The translations under genes were made by a program, and so were the position numbers. DNA of 64,000 bases from an uncultured Flavobacteriaceae bacterium (GTDB taxonomy: Bacteria > Bacteroidota > Bacteroidia > Flavobacteriales > Flavobacteriaceae): assembly GCA_937136755.1 (NCBI GenBank), contig CAKZOR010000137.1, positions 5,032 to 69,031 of the forward strand, read 5' to 3'. How positions within the stretch are numbered: the stretch's first letter is position 1; each line of letters begins with the position of its first letter. Under the pieces are notes generated by a model. The model did not search any database. It saw only the letters and a program-made list of their open reading frames with translations, and was not told the DNA's origin. This document shows positions 1-8,219 of this stretch, one piece after another.

Positions 1-1448
1 TTTTGTCTAATGGAAGGAATGCCTTGGGTAAGGTAAGCTGCAATGAATGGATGTACATTTAAAGTTACTTTGTGGTCTTTAGAAGGACCTGCTAAAAGTT
101 TTTGTAAATCTGCTGTAATTTTATCTAGCAAAACAATAGGCGCTTCTACTTCTTTACCTGTAATGGTGGGTAGTGGCTCAGTTGTTTTAATATTCATTTC
201 AGGTCTTACCCTCTGTCTTGTAATTTGTATGAGTCCGAATTTACTAGGAGGCAAAATTTTGTGTTTCGCTCTGTCTTCTTTCATTTCTTCACTCAGGTGA
301 TCAAACAATTTTTTTCGGTGATCTCCTTTGGCCATATCAATGAAATCTACTACAATAATACCACCCATATCTCTCAGGCGTAACTGCCTGGCTATTTCTG
401 TGGCGGCAGATAGATTAACATCTAGAGCGGTGTCCTCTTGATTTTTAGCTTTATTGGAACGGTTTCCGCTATTCACGTCTATTACGTGCAATGCTTCAGT
501 GTGTTCAATCACTAAATAGGCTCCTTTACTCATTGTGGCTGTTTTCCCAAAAGATGTTTTTATCTGGCGTTCAATACCAAATTTTTCAAAAATGGGCTCA
601 GCGGCGTCATACAATTTTACAATGGATTCTTTTTCTGGTGCAATTTCTTGCACATAATCTTTTACCTGCGTGTACAAAGTTTCATCATCTACGTGTATTC
701 CTGAGAAACTGTCATTAAAAACGTCTCTTAATATGGATGAGGCTCTGTTGAGTTCAACCAATACCTTTGATGGGTGTGGTGCTTTGTGCAGTTTTTTACA
801 CATTACTGTCCATTTGTTCAGTAAGTTCTGTAAATCTCTATCTAATTCTGCTACTTTTTTGCCTTCTGCAACGGTGCGAATGATTACCCCAAATCCTTTT
901 GGTTTAATACTTTTCACAAGTCTTTTTAAGCGGTCTTTTTCTTCTTTGCTCTCTATCTTTTGTGAGACAGATACGCGATCAGAGAAAGGAACCATCACTA
1001 AGTATCGTCCAGCAATGGACAATTCAGAGCTAATTCTTGGTCCTTTGGTTGAGATGGGTTCTTTTACAATTTGAACAAGAATAGATTGATTGGCTTTAAT
1101 GGCGTCATTAATAGTACCATCTTTATCTATATCTGGTTCAAAGGCTACATTTTTCAAAGAGAAATCGCGCATTTTTCCTGTGCTAGCTCTTTTAATAAAT
1201 TTTAGCATCGTTGACAATTGGGGTCCTAAGTCGTGGTAGTGTAAAAAGGCATCTTTTTCATAGCCAACATTTACAAAAGCCGCATTCAATCCCGTGATTG
1301 GTTTTCTTACTTTGGCAATAAAGATATCACCAACAGAAAACTTATTATTGTCTTCTTCTTTGCTTAACTCAATGAGTTTTCCATCTTTTAACAAGGCAAA
1401 ATCAACAGCAGTGGAATTAGATCTAATGATTAATTCTCTTTTTACCAT
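1..1448 (-). CDS. Rne/Rng family ribonuclease (RNase E/G); 3' end lies beyond the left edge of the window
   Basis: Not in the ORF track. Manual minus-strand translation from ATG at 1448 gives MVKRELIIRSNSTAVDFALLKDGKLIEL...AFVNVGYEKDAFLHYHDLGP...KEPISTKGPRISSELSIAGRYLV...HVIDVNSGNR...IARQLRLRDMGGIIVVDFIDM, which are hallmark RNase E/G motifs. Confidence 0.95.
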   Translation of the reverse strand, partial: MVKRELIIRSNSTAVDFALLKDGKLIELSKEEDNNKFSVGDIFIAKVRKPITGLNAAFVNVGYEKDAFLHYHDLGPQLSTMLKFIKRASTGKMRDFSLKNVAFEPDIDKDGTINDAIKANQSILVQIVKEPISTKGPRISSELSIAGRYLVMVPFSDRVSVSQKIESKEEKDRLKRLVKSIKPKGFGVIIRTVAEGKKVAELDRDLQNLLNKWTVMCKKLHKAPHPSKVLVELNRASSILRDVFNDSFSGIHVDDETLYTQVKDYVQEIAPEKESIVKLYDAAEPIFEKFGIERQIKTSFGKTATMSKGAYLVIEHTEALHVIDVNSGNRSNKAKNQEDTALDVNLSAATEIARQLRLRDMGGIIVVDFIDMAKGDHRKKLFDHLSEEMKEDRAKHKILPPSKFGLIQITRQRVRPEMNIKTTEPLPTITGKEVEAPIVLLDKITADLQKLLAGPSKDHKVTLNVHPFIAAYLTQGIPSIRQ

Positions 1449-1564
1449 GATTTTTATATTGACACTTCAATGAATTGAAGTGTGTGTTAAAATTTACTAA
1501 TTAAACGGGTGAATACCCGTCAACCCCTTTGTTTGTAGGGTTTATGTCAATGAACGTATGAAAC

Positions 1565-1595
1565 AGAAAAAGTAGTTTAAAAAACTACTTTTTCT
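1565..1595 (-). terminator. 14-bp hairpin overlapping the bS22 stop codon (possible terminator or processing hairpin)
   Basis: AGAAAAAGTAGTTT (1565-1578) is the reverse complement of AAACTACTTTTTCT (1582-1595), with a 3-nt loop. The stem is AU-rich and the U-tract is weak. Confidence 0.5.
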
Positions 1596-1674
1596 TGTGT
1601 CTGTTAGCTCTCCTACGCTTCTTGCGTTTGTGGGTAGCTACCTTATGTCTTTTTCTTTTCTTACCACTAGGCAT
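1585..1674 (-). CDS. 30S ribosomal protein bS22-type (AURKAIP1/COX24-like small basic protein), 29 aa
   Basis: Manual translation MPSGKKRKRHKVATHKRKKRRRANRHKKK*. It matches the Bacteroidota bS22 pattern and is too short for the ORF track. Confidence 0.92.
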   Translation of the reverse strand: MPSGKKRKRHKVATHKRKKRRRANRHKKK

Positions 1675-1701
1675 ATGACTATCCTTTAATTGATTAATAT
1701 T

Positions 1702-1992
1702 TTATTTAACTGTTACATTGCTTTTTACACCTTCAACAAATACTTTTGCAGGTTTAAAAGCGGGAATATTGTGTGCAGGAATCTTGATAGTAGTGTTTTT
1801 TGAAATGTTTCTACCAGTTTTTTCTGCTCTTGTTTTTATTATAAAGCTACCAAAGCCCCTAAGGTAAACATTATCTCCAGATTCCAAAGAAGTTTTTACT
1901 TCTTCCATAAAAGCTTCTACTGTAGCTTGTACGTCTCCTTTTTCAATACCAAGTTTTTCTGAGATTTTTGTAACGATATCTGCTTTTGTCAT
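1702..1992 (-). CDS. HU/IHF family DNA-binding protein
   Basis: MTKADIV...VYLRGFGSF...GRNISKNTTIKIPAHNIPAFKPAK. Start moved to ATG 1992 because a promoter lies at 2032-2039. Confidence 0.95.
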   Translation of the reverse strand: MTKADIVTKISEKLGIEKGDVQATVEAFMEEVKTSLESGDNVYLRGFGSFIIKTRAEKTGRNISKNTTIKIPAHNIPAFKPAKVFVEGVKSNVTVK

Positions 1993-2031
1993 ATTGTATG
2001 ATATATAATCTGTACTATTTTTTTCGGGTTG

Positions 2032-2039
2032 CAAATATA
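2032..2039 (-). promoter_or_regulatory. Bacteroidota -7 promoter element (TATATTTG) for HU-bS22-rne
   Basis: Matches TAnnTTTG about 40 nt upstream of the HU start. Confidence 0.75.
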
Positions 2040-2119
2040 TAAATTAAATTCAATCTTTTATTCTAATGGACTTAATTTTAAGTTAATAAAGGCCTACTTT
2101 TGACATTCATTACGCCTTT

Positions 2120-3172
2120 ATGTCCTTTTCTCAGGAAATTATACACTGGTACCATGCAAATAAGCGATCACTTCCTTGGCGGGAAACGAAAGATCCATAC
2201 TGTATTTGGCTTTCAGAAATTATACTGCAACAGACCCGAGTAGCGCAAGGGACTCCTTATTATCTTAAGTTTATAGACACATTTCCTACGGTTTTTGATT
2301 TAGCAAATGCCTCAGAAGAAGCGGTACTAAAATTATGGCAAGGATTGGGGTATTACTCTAGAGCGCGAAACCTTCATACCGCAGCTAAATATGTCGCTTT
2401 TGAGTTAAATGGTGTTTTTCCTTCTACTTATAAGGAGTTATTAGCCCTAAAAGGGGTGGGAGATTATACCGCTAGTGCTATTGCTTCTATTTGTTTTAAC
2501 GCCCCAGAGGCAGTGCTCGATGGGAATGTTTACAGGGTGTTGTCGCGTTATTTTGGCATAGATGTACCCATAAATACCACAGAGGGTGCTCAATTGTTTA
2601 AAAGGATTGCATTGGATCAATTGGCTTTGGCTCATCCGTCAGATTACAATCAGGGTATTATGGAGTTTGGCGCTTTGCAATGTACGCCTAAGCTTACGGA
2701 TTGTACCTCATGCCCTTTAATGCAAACATGTGTGGCCTATCAAACCCAAAAAGTAAGTTTGCTACCCGTGAAATTGCCCAAACAAAAAGCGGTTAAAGTC
2801 TACCATTATTACCTTGTTCTGGTTGATCCCTCAGGGAACACAATTTATGAAAAAAGAGCTGGAAGAGGAATTTGGGAGGGACTGTATCAATTTCCTCTAA
2901 TGACTTCATCATCGCCTTTAGAAATTGAAGGGCTTTTGGCTTCTAGCGAAACAGGTTTAGACATTTCGTTGTTTGAAAACGCAAAACACTTTGTATTTCA
3001 CGACAGTTTTGTTGTTCACAAACTGACCCATAGGCATATTTATGCCACTTTTATTGTTGTAGAAACCCCCGTTACTTTAAAAGATAGCGTGCCTTTTGTG
3101 TCAATTGATGAATTTCCAACAGCAGTTTTGATTTCAGATTTTATAAATGCATTTAAAAATTCGTATTTTTGA
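2120..3172 (+). CDS. mutY: A/G-specific adenine glycosylase MutY
   Basis: RSLPWR, SEIILQQT, WQGLGYYSRARNL, HhH motif LKGVGDYTA, Fe-S motif C-x6-C-x2-C-x5-C. TACTTTTG promoter at 2095-2102. Confidence 0.97.
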   Translation: MSFSQEIIHWYHANKRSLPWRETKDPYCIWLSEIILQQTRVAQGTPYYLKFIDTFPTVFDLANASEEAVLKLWQGLGYYSRARNLHTAAKYVAFELNGVFPSTYKELLALKGVGDYTASAIASICFNAPEAVLDGNVYRVLSRYFGIDVPINTTEGAQLFKRIALDQLALAHPSDYNQGIMEFGALQCTPKLTDCTSCPLMQTCVAYQTQKVSLLPVKLPKQKAVKVYHYYLVLVDPSGNTIYEKRAGRGIWEGLYQFPLMTSSSPLEIEGLLASSETGLDISLFENAKHFVFHDSFVVHKLTHRHIYATFIVVETPVTLKDSVPFVSIDEFPTAVLISDFINAFKNSYF

Positions 3173-3190
3173 TATTATACCACAATAGTT

Positions 3191-3646
3191 ATGAGCGGAA
3201 CATTAAATAAAGTGATGTTAATAGGTCACCTAGGTGACGATGTCAAAATTCATTACTTCGAGGGAGGTAATTGCATAGGGAGATTCCCTATCGCCACCAA
3301 TGAAAGTTACACCAACAAACAGACTGGTGAAAAAGTGACCAATACGGATTGGCATAATATTGTGGTGCGTAACAAAGCAGCTGAGATCTGTGAAAAATAC
3401 CTGAGCAAAGGTGATAAAGTATATGTGGAGGGCCGCCTGAAAAATAGGCAATGGCAAGCAGAAGATGGCACTACAAAATACACCACAGAAGTTCATGTGC
3501 AGGATTTTACATTTCTTTCTACTAAATCAGATGGAGGTGCCAATCAGGGAGTACAAGCAATGAATTCAGGAGCTACAGCTGCTGATCCTAATCCAGTACA
3601 TTCACCAAATATGGATTCTGACCCTTCAGATGACCTGCCATTTTAA
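3191..3646 (+). CDS. ssb: single-stranded DNA-binding protein
   Basis: LNKVMLIGHLG, TDWHNIV, KGDKVYVEGRL, acidic DDLPF tail. Confidence 0.97.
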   Translation: MSGTLNKVMLIGHLGDDVKIHYFEGGNCIGRFPIATNESYTNKQTGEKVTNTDWHNIVVRNKAAEICEKYLSKGDKVYVEGRLKNRQWQAEDGTTKYTTEVHVQDFTFLSTKSDGGANQGVQAMNSGATAADPNPVHSPNMDSDPSDDLPF

Positions 3647-3665
3647 ATCATTTAAACTGTAAAGA

Positions 3666-5000
3666 TTGGATCCTGACCCCCTTTTTTTAAGCAATTATTT
3701 ACTATCAATAGACCCCTCTTTTTTTTCCATTAAGATGGGTGTTTTACTTTTTTTAATTTGTTGCTCTGCTTTAATTTCTGGGGCAGAAGTGGCTTTTTTT
3801 GGTCTTTCATCTACTGATTTATCCGAACTGGAAAAAGAGACTAATGCAAAGGCTGCTCTTGTGGTAAAGCTTTTAGATAAGCCTAAAAAATTATTAGCGA
3901 CTATATTAATAGCGAACAATGCCATTAATATTGGGATCGTTTTACTCTTCAGTAATCTTGGATCGGTGTTTTTTTCATCGATTACGTATCGTTTATTTGG
4001 TTTTATCTCTTTAAAATTTTTAACTGAGGTAGTCTTGGTGACTTTTTTGATCCTACTCTTCGGGGAGATTCTTCCTAAGGTGTATGCCAATAGGAATAGA
4101 CGTTCTTTTGCGCAATTAATGGCGGTACCCTTAAAATTATTAGATGTGCTCTTTACGCCTTTGAGTATGCCAATGAGATGGATTAGTATTAGTTTGCACG
4201 ATAAGTTGGGCAAGCAAAAATCTACCCTAAGTGTAGATCACCTATCGCAGGCGTTAGAATTAACCTCAGAAGGAGACACCACTAGAGAAGAGCAGAAAAT
4301 TCTTGAAGGAATTGTCTCCTTTGGAAACACTGACACAAAGCAAGTCATGCGGCCAAGGATAGACATTTTTGCCTTATCGGACCATCTAAAGTTTTCTGAG
4401 GTCTTAGAGTCTATAACCAGTCAGGGTTATTCAAGAATTCCGGTTTACAAAGATCATATGGATCAAATTATAGGGGTGTTGTACGTGAAGGATTTACTGC
4501 CTTATATAGATCGTAAGACCTTTAATTGGAATACTTTAGTGCGACCAACTTACTTTGTTCCTGAAAATAAAAAGCTAGATAACCTATTGTTGGAGTTTCA
4601 AGAAAAGAAAATGCACCTAGCAGTTGTAGTAGACGAGTTTGGAGGTACCTCCGGGATTGTTACTTTAGAAGATATTATTGAAGAAATAGTTGGAGATATT
4701 AGTGATGAATTTGACGACGAAGATTTAATTTACTCCAAATTAGATGCATACAATTTTGTTTTTGAAGGCAAAACAACCTTAAAAGATTTCTACAGGGTTA
4801 CAAAAATTGAGGACGACGCACTTTTTGAAAGCCACAAAGGGGAGTCAGAAACCATCGCGGGATTTGTGTTAGAGATTGCCCAAGGTTTTCCGAAAAGAGG
4901 CGCAAAAATCTTATTTAATGACTACGTTTTTAATGTAGAGAGCCTGGATAAAAAAAGGCTGCGTCAGATTAAGGTGACGCTCCCTCAAAAAAAGGTGTAA
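3666..5000 (+). CDS. gldE: gliding motility-associated protein GldE (DUF21-CBS-CorC/HlyC)
   Basis: SGAEVAFF, FGEILPK, CBS pair (YSRIPVY; VVDEFGGTSGIVTLEDIIEEIVGDI). Directly upstream of gldD. TTG start. Confidence 0.9.
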   Translation: MDPDPLFLSNYLLSIDPSFFSIKMGVLLFLICCSALISGAEVAFFGLSSTDLSELEKETNAKAALVVKLLDKPKKLLATILIANNAINIGIVLLFSNLGSVFFSSITYRLFGFISLKFLTEVVLVTFLILLFGEILPKVYANRNRRSFAQLMAVPLKLLDVLFTPLSMPMRWISISLHDKLGKQKSTLSVDHLSQALELTSEGDTTREEQKILEGIVSFGNTDTKQVMRPRIDIFALSDHLKFSEVLESITSQGYSRIPVYKDHMDQIIGVLYVKDLLPYIDRKTFNWNTLVRPTYFVPENKKLDNLLLEFQEKKMHLAVVVDEFGGTSGIVTLEDIIEEIVGDISDEFDDEDLIYSKLDAYNFVFEGKTTLKDFYRVTKIEDDALFESHKGESETIAGFVLEIAQGFPKRGAKILFNDYVFNVESLDKKRLRQIKVTLPQKKV

Positions 5001-5013
5001 AAGAGAAGCTATT

Positions 5014-5577
5014 GTGAGGTTTTTTTGTAAAAGTATGGTTTTGCTCATGGTATTTATTATTGCTTCATGCAGTAATGGGCCCATATATCCAAAACCCAAA
5101 GCTTTTTTATCCCTCTCTTATCAAAAAGCGCAATACAGCTTGTTTGAGAATGATTACTACACTTTACCTATTCCGTCTAAGGCCCAGATTTTAAATGAGA
5201 CGTCTAAAAGTGTAGAACTGTTTTATCCTGAATTAAATGCTAGTCTGTATATTAACTACGCGCCAGTGACTCCTTCTTTAGAAAAAATGGTTCGTGGAAT
5301 TGAACAGAAACTCTCCGAGCACCAAACAAAAGCTACAGCTATTGTGGCGTATCCTTATGAAGAAGTTCGTGACTCAAAGGTTGGAGTGCTTTATGAAATT
5401 AAAGGGAATGCAGCTTCTGCAGCTCAGTTTTATGTTACAGACAAGAAGCGCCATTTTTTAAATGGAGCTTTGTATTTCAATATTAAACCTAATTATGATT
5501 CTATTTACCCTGCAGCCCAATATATTATTAAGGATTTAAGGGAAATGATTTCTAAGGTGTCGTGGAAGACTCCATAG
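5014..5577 (+). CDS. gldD: gliding motility lipoprotein GldD
   Basis: Lipobox IIASC, PKPKAFLSL, GNAASAAQFYVTD...HFLNGALYF...PNYDSIYPA. Confidence 0.9.
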   Translation: MRFFCKSMVLLMVFIIASCSNGPIYPKPKAFLSLSYQKAQYSLFENDYYTLPIPSKAQILNETSKSVELFYPELNASLYINYAPVTPSLEKMVRGIEQKLSEHQTKATAIVAYPYEEVRDSKVGVLYEIKGNAASAAQFYVTDKKRHFLNGALYFNIKPNYDSIYPAAQYIIKDLREMISKVSWKTP

Positions 5578-5596
5578 AAGATGTGACTAGTTTGGT

Positions 5597-6043
5597 TTAT
5601 TGTTTTGAAAGCTGCTCCGCATATTGAATGCTTCCAATAATAGATGCCTCCATTTCGTTTACTTTTATGGCTTCTTGCTCAAGAATTAACTGCTTTTCAG
5701 GACTCAAGGCTTTGCCTTTTAAGATTTCTTCTGCCGTGAAATTACGGCCAAAATCCTTCATCCATGTCATCATTTTTTTATGGGCACTTTGAAGGCTGTC
5801 CACACCCTTGGAAAGCGCGTCTATTTTTAATACTATTTCTTCTGTAGGGTTTACTTCTAAAAGACTGTCCTTTTGCTGGTTGAGCACTTTAACTAATTTT
5901 CCAATAGTACCCATTTTTGGCATGACTGCGTCATGTACAGACATTACTTCTTTCATCAGTGAAGGGGTGTCTTTTTTCTTTTCTGTTTTACAAGCGTATA
6001 AGCCAATTAAAACAAGACTATAAAGGGCTATTTTTTTTATCAT
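5597..6043 (-). CDS. conserved hypothetical helical lipoprotein
   Basis: Start moved to MIKKIAL (6043). Lipobox LYAC. Motifs EVMSVHDAVMPKMG and MMTWM. TACATTTG promoter at 6069-6076. Confidence 0.8.
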   Translation of the reverse strand: MIKKIALYSLVLIGLYACKTEKKKDTPSLMKEVMSVHDAVMPKMGTIGKLVKVLNQQKDSLLEVNPTEEIVLKIDALSKGVDSLQSAHKKMMTWMKDFGRNFTAEEILKGKALSPEKQLILEQEAIKVNEMEASIIGSIQYAEQLSKQ

Positions 6044-6075
6044 TGGTAAGTGGGTTATAGATCTAATGCAAATGT

Positions 6076-6107
6076 AAAAAAAAACAGCGCCCGTAGGGCG
6101 CTGTTTT
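6076..6107 (-). terminator. intrinsic terminator of the M16 peptidase operon
   Basis: AAAACAGCGCCC-GTA-GGGCGCTGTTTT hairpin followed by a long U-run on the minus strand. Confidence 0.85.
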
Positions 6108-6147
6108 AATATATCAGTGTGGTTTAACACTAAAATTGGATTCTTTT

Positions 6148-8217
6148 TTAGTTGAAATCTTCAGCAGTTACGCCACTATTTACGTCAATTTTTTCAATGG
6201 TAAATTCTATGAGTTGAGGTCCCATCATTTGTCCGAGGTAAAAAGGGAACATAATTCCAGAGGCTTCTTTGTAGTCGCCAAATTTCATAGTACTCTCAAT
6301 AGTTTGTCCCATCATTTCTGTGGTGGTAATCTCTTGGATTTTTTGACCGCTGTCTACATTGTAAAATGCCACTCTATTCCCAGACACCTTTACTTTGTAT
6401 GCGTTTTCACCATCTACTTTTTCTATTCCCTCCAGGGAAATAGCTTCTGGGTCTAAGTTTAGCTCGTAAAAAGGTTGTGCCTCATCTTTAATCATTGCAG
6501 CTTGTTGGGGATTTAAATTCATTTTTTGCCCTTGCATCATGGCATAGCCATTTTCTCCATTAAATACTTGCTTGCTCATTGATCTTCCCATCATTTCTAT
6601 GTTTTGCATGAATTGATTGTCTGAGGTTCTGATCAATTGAAAGTTTAATGCCATACCTTGAACTTCACCTGAAGCAAAAATAGAGACTGTTTTTACCTTT
6701 TCCAAAACAGCCCTTCCTCCAATAGCATCTAGGTAATTTTCAATAACACTTTGAGCAGTTACTCCAGCTGGAAGTTCCATTTTATATTCTGGCTTTTCTA
6801 CTTGGTCTGCATTGGTATTGAAATATTTCACAGGAAGTTTTTTCCCTTGGAAAGTCATTTTTTCCAAATTCTCCAAGACTTCTTTACCTTTTCCTGTTAC
6901 GACCACTTGGGTGTTTTCTGTGCTAAAATACTTTCCTGCAGCCTGTTGAACATCAGCCACAGTAATGGCGTTAATGCGCTCTAAATAGGTTTTGTAAAAG
7001 TCTTTTGGTAATCCTTCTGTTTCAATATTTAATGCGTAATTAGCAATTGTGCTAGGTCTTTCCAACGCCATGACAAAATTCCCCACATAAGTGGCTTTTG
7101 CAGCATCTAATTCTTTTTGGGTTACTGGCTCAGACGTGATTTTTTGAATCTCTTCTAATATCTGTACCGCAGCTGAATCAGTCACAGCATTTCTAACACT
7201 GGCATACGCTCTGAACCTTGAAGGAACATATTTGCTGTTTCCAATGCTTGAATACGAGCCGTAAGTGTATGCTTTGTCTTCTCTCAAATTTTGAAATAAT
7301 CTGGCAGAACCCCCACCACCTAATATCCTATTGGCCATTAAGGTTGGAAGGTAGTCTGGATCTTTCATTTGAAGATTTACTACATTCTGAACACTCACTT
7401 CAGACTGCACTGCATTGGGCATGTCTATAAAGTTAATGGTTGCTTCGTTAGATGCTACAGGGTTTTTCCAATTGGTCAATACTTGAGCGCCTTTCTCCCA
7501 AGAATTAAAATGCTTCTTCACTAATTTTTTAACCGCTTTTGTGTCTACATCACCAATGATCACCAAATAAGCATTGTTTGGATTAAAGTAAGTTTGGTAG
7601 AATTTTTTAGCATCTTCAAGGCTTACTTTGTTCACGGTTTCTTCTGTAGCAAACTCTCCATAAGGATGCTCTTTACCATAGGCAATGGCACTTTGAACCC
7701 TTCCAGCCATAGCTGAAACATCTTTTTCTTGTGATTTTAAACCGGTCAGTAGTTTTTCTTTTTCTTTTTGAAATTCCTCTTCCGTAAAATTAGGGTTAAT
7801 GGCAGCGTCTGCCATAAGCTCTAATATCCTAGGAAAATATTTAGACAGTGAGCTGGCAAAAGCAGAAGACGCACCAAAATTTAAGCTAGCGCCTAAAAAA
7901 TCTACCTCTTCATTAAAAGCATCCTTGGAAATATTGGTGCTTCCATTGCCTAATAATCCTGCAGCCAAACTTGAAACACCTGCTTTTTCTCCTTCCAAAC
8001 TAGGCGGATTATCTATGCTTAATTGGATGGACACTCTGGGTAATTTATGGTTTTCTACCACCATTACAGTTAATCCATTTTTAAGCTCAAAACGGGTGGG
8101 TTCCTCTAAATTGATTGTTGGGGCTGGTCCAGCCTCAGGCATTCTAGTTCTATCTATTTGTGCGTAAAGGCTCACAGTTGTAAGCGCAATGACTAAACTC
8201 AGTATAATTTTTTTCAT
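6148..8217 (-). CDS. M16 (insulinase) family peptidase, non-catalytic subunit with a C-terminal extension
   Basis: Signal peptide; LKNGLTVMVVENHKLP; ILGGGGSARLFQNLREDKAYTYG; no HxxEH motif. Confidence 0.88.
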   Translation of the reverse strand: MKKIILSLVIALTTVSLYAQIDRTRMPEAGPAPTINLEEPTRFELKNGLTVMVVENHKLPRVSIQLSIDNPPSLEGEKAGVSSLAAGLLGNGSTNISKDAFNEEVDFLGASLNFGASSAFASSLSKYFPRILELMADAAINPNFTEEEFQKEKEKLLTGLKSQEKDVSAMAGRVQSAIAYGKEHPYGEFATEETVNKVSLEDAKKFYQTYFNPNNAYLVIIGDVDTKAVKKLVKKHFNSWEKGAQVLTNWKNPVASNEATINFIDMPNAVQSEVSVQNVVNLQMKDPDYLPTLMANRILGGGGSARLFQNLREDKAYTYGSYSSIGNSKYVPSRFRAYASVRNAVTDSAAVQILEEIQKITSEPVTQKELDAAKATYVGNFVMALERPSTIANYALNIETEGLPKDFYKTYLERINAITVADVQQAAGKYFSTENTQVVVTGKGKEVLENLEKMTFQGKKLPVKYFNTNADQVEKPEYKMELPAGVTAQSVIENYLDAIGGRAVLEKVKTVSIFASGEVQGMALNFQLIRTSDNQFMQNIEMMGRSMSKQVFNGENGYAMMQGQKMNLNPQQAAMIKDEAQPFYELNLDPEAISLEGIEKVDGENAYKVKVSGNRVAFYNVDSGQKIQEITTTEMMGQTIESTMKFGDYKEASGIMFPFYLGQMMGPQLIEFTIEKIDVNSGVTAEDFN

Positions 8218-8219
8218 AA

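Noticed and set aside
43..1074. Plus-strand ORFs 43-300, 491-718 and 670-1074
   Set aside because: Antisense shadows of the Rne/Rng gene with no recognisable motifs.
6148..8217. Degenerate peptidase lacking HxxEH
   Set aside because: This is the normal non-catalytic partner in heterodimeric M16B peptidases.
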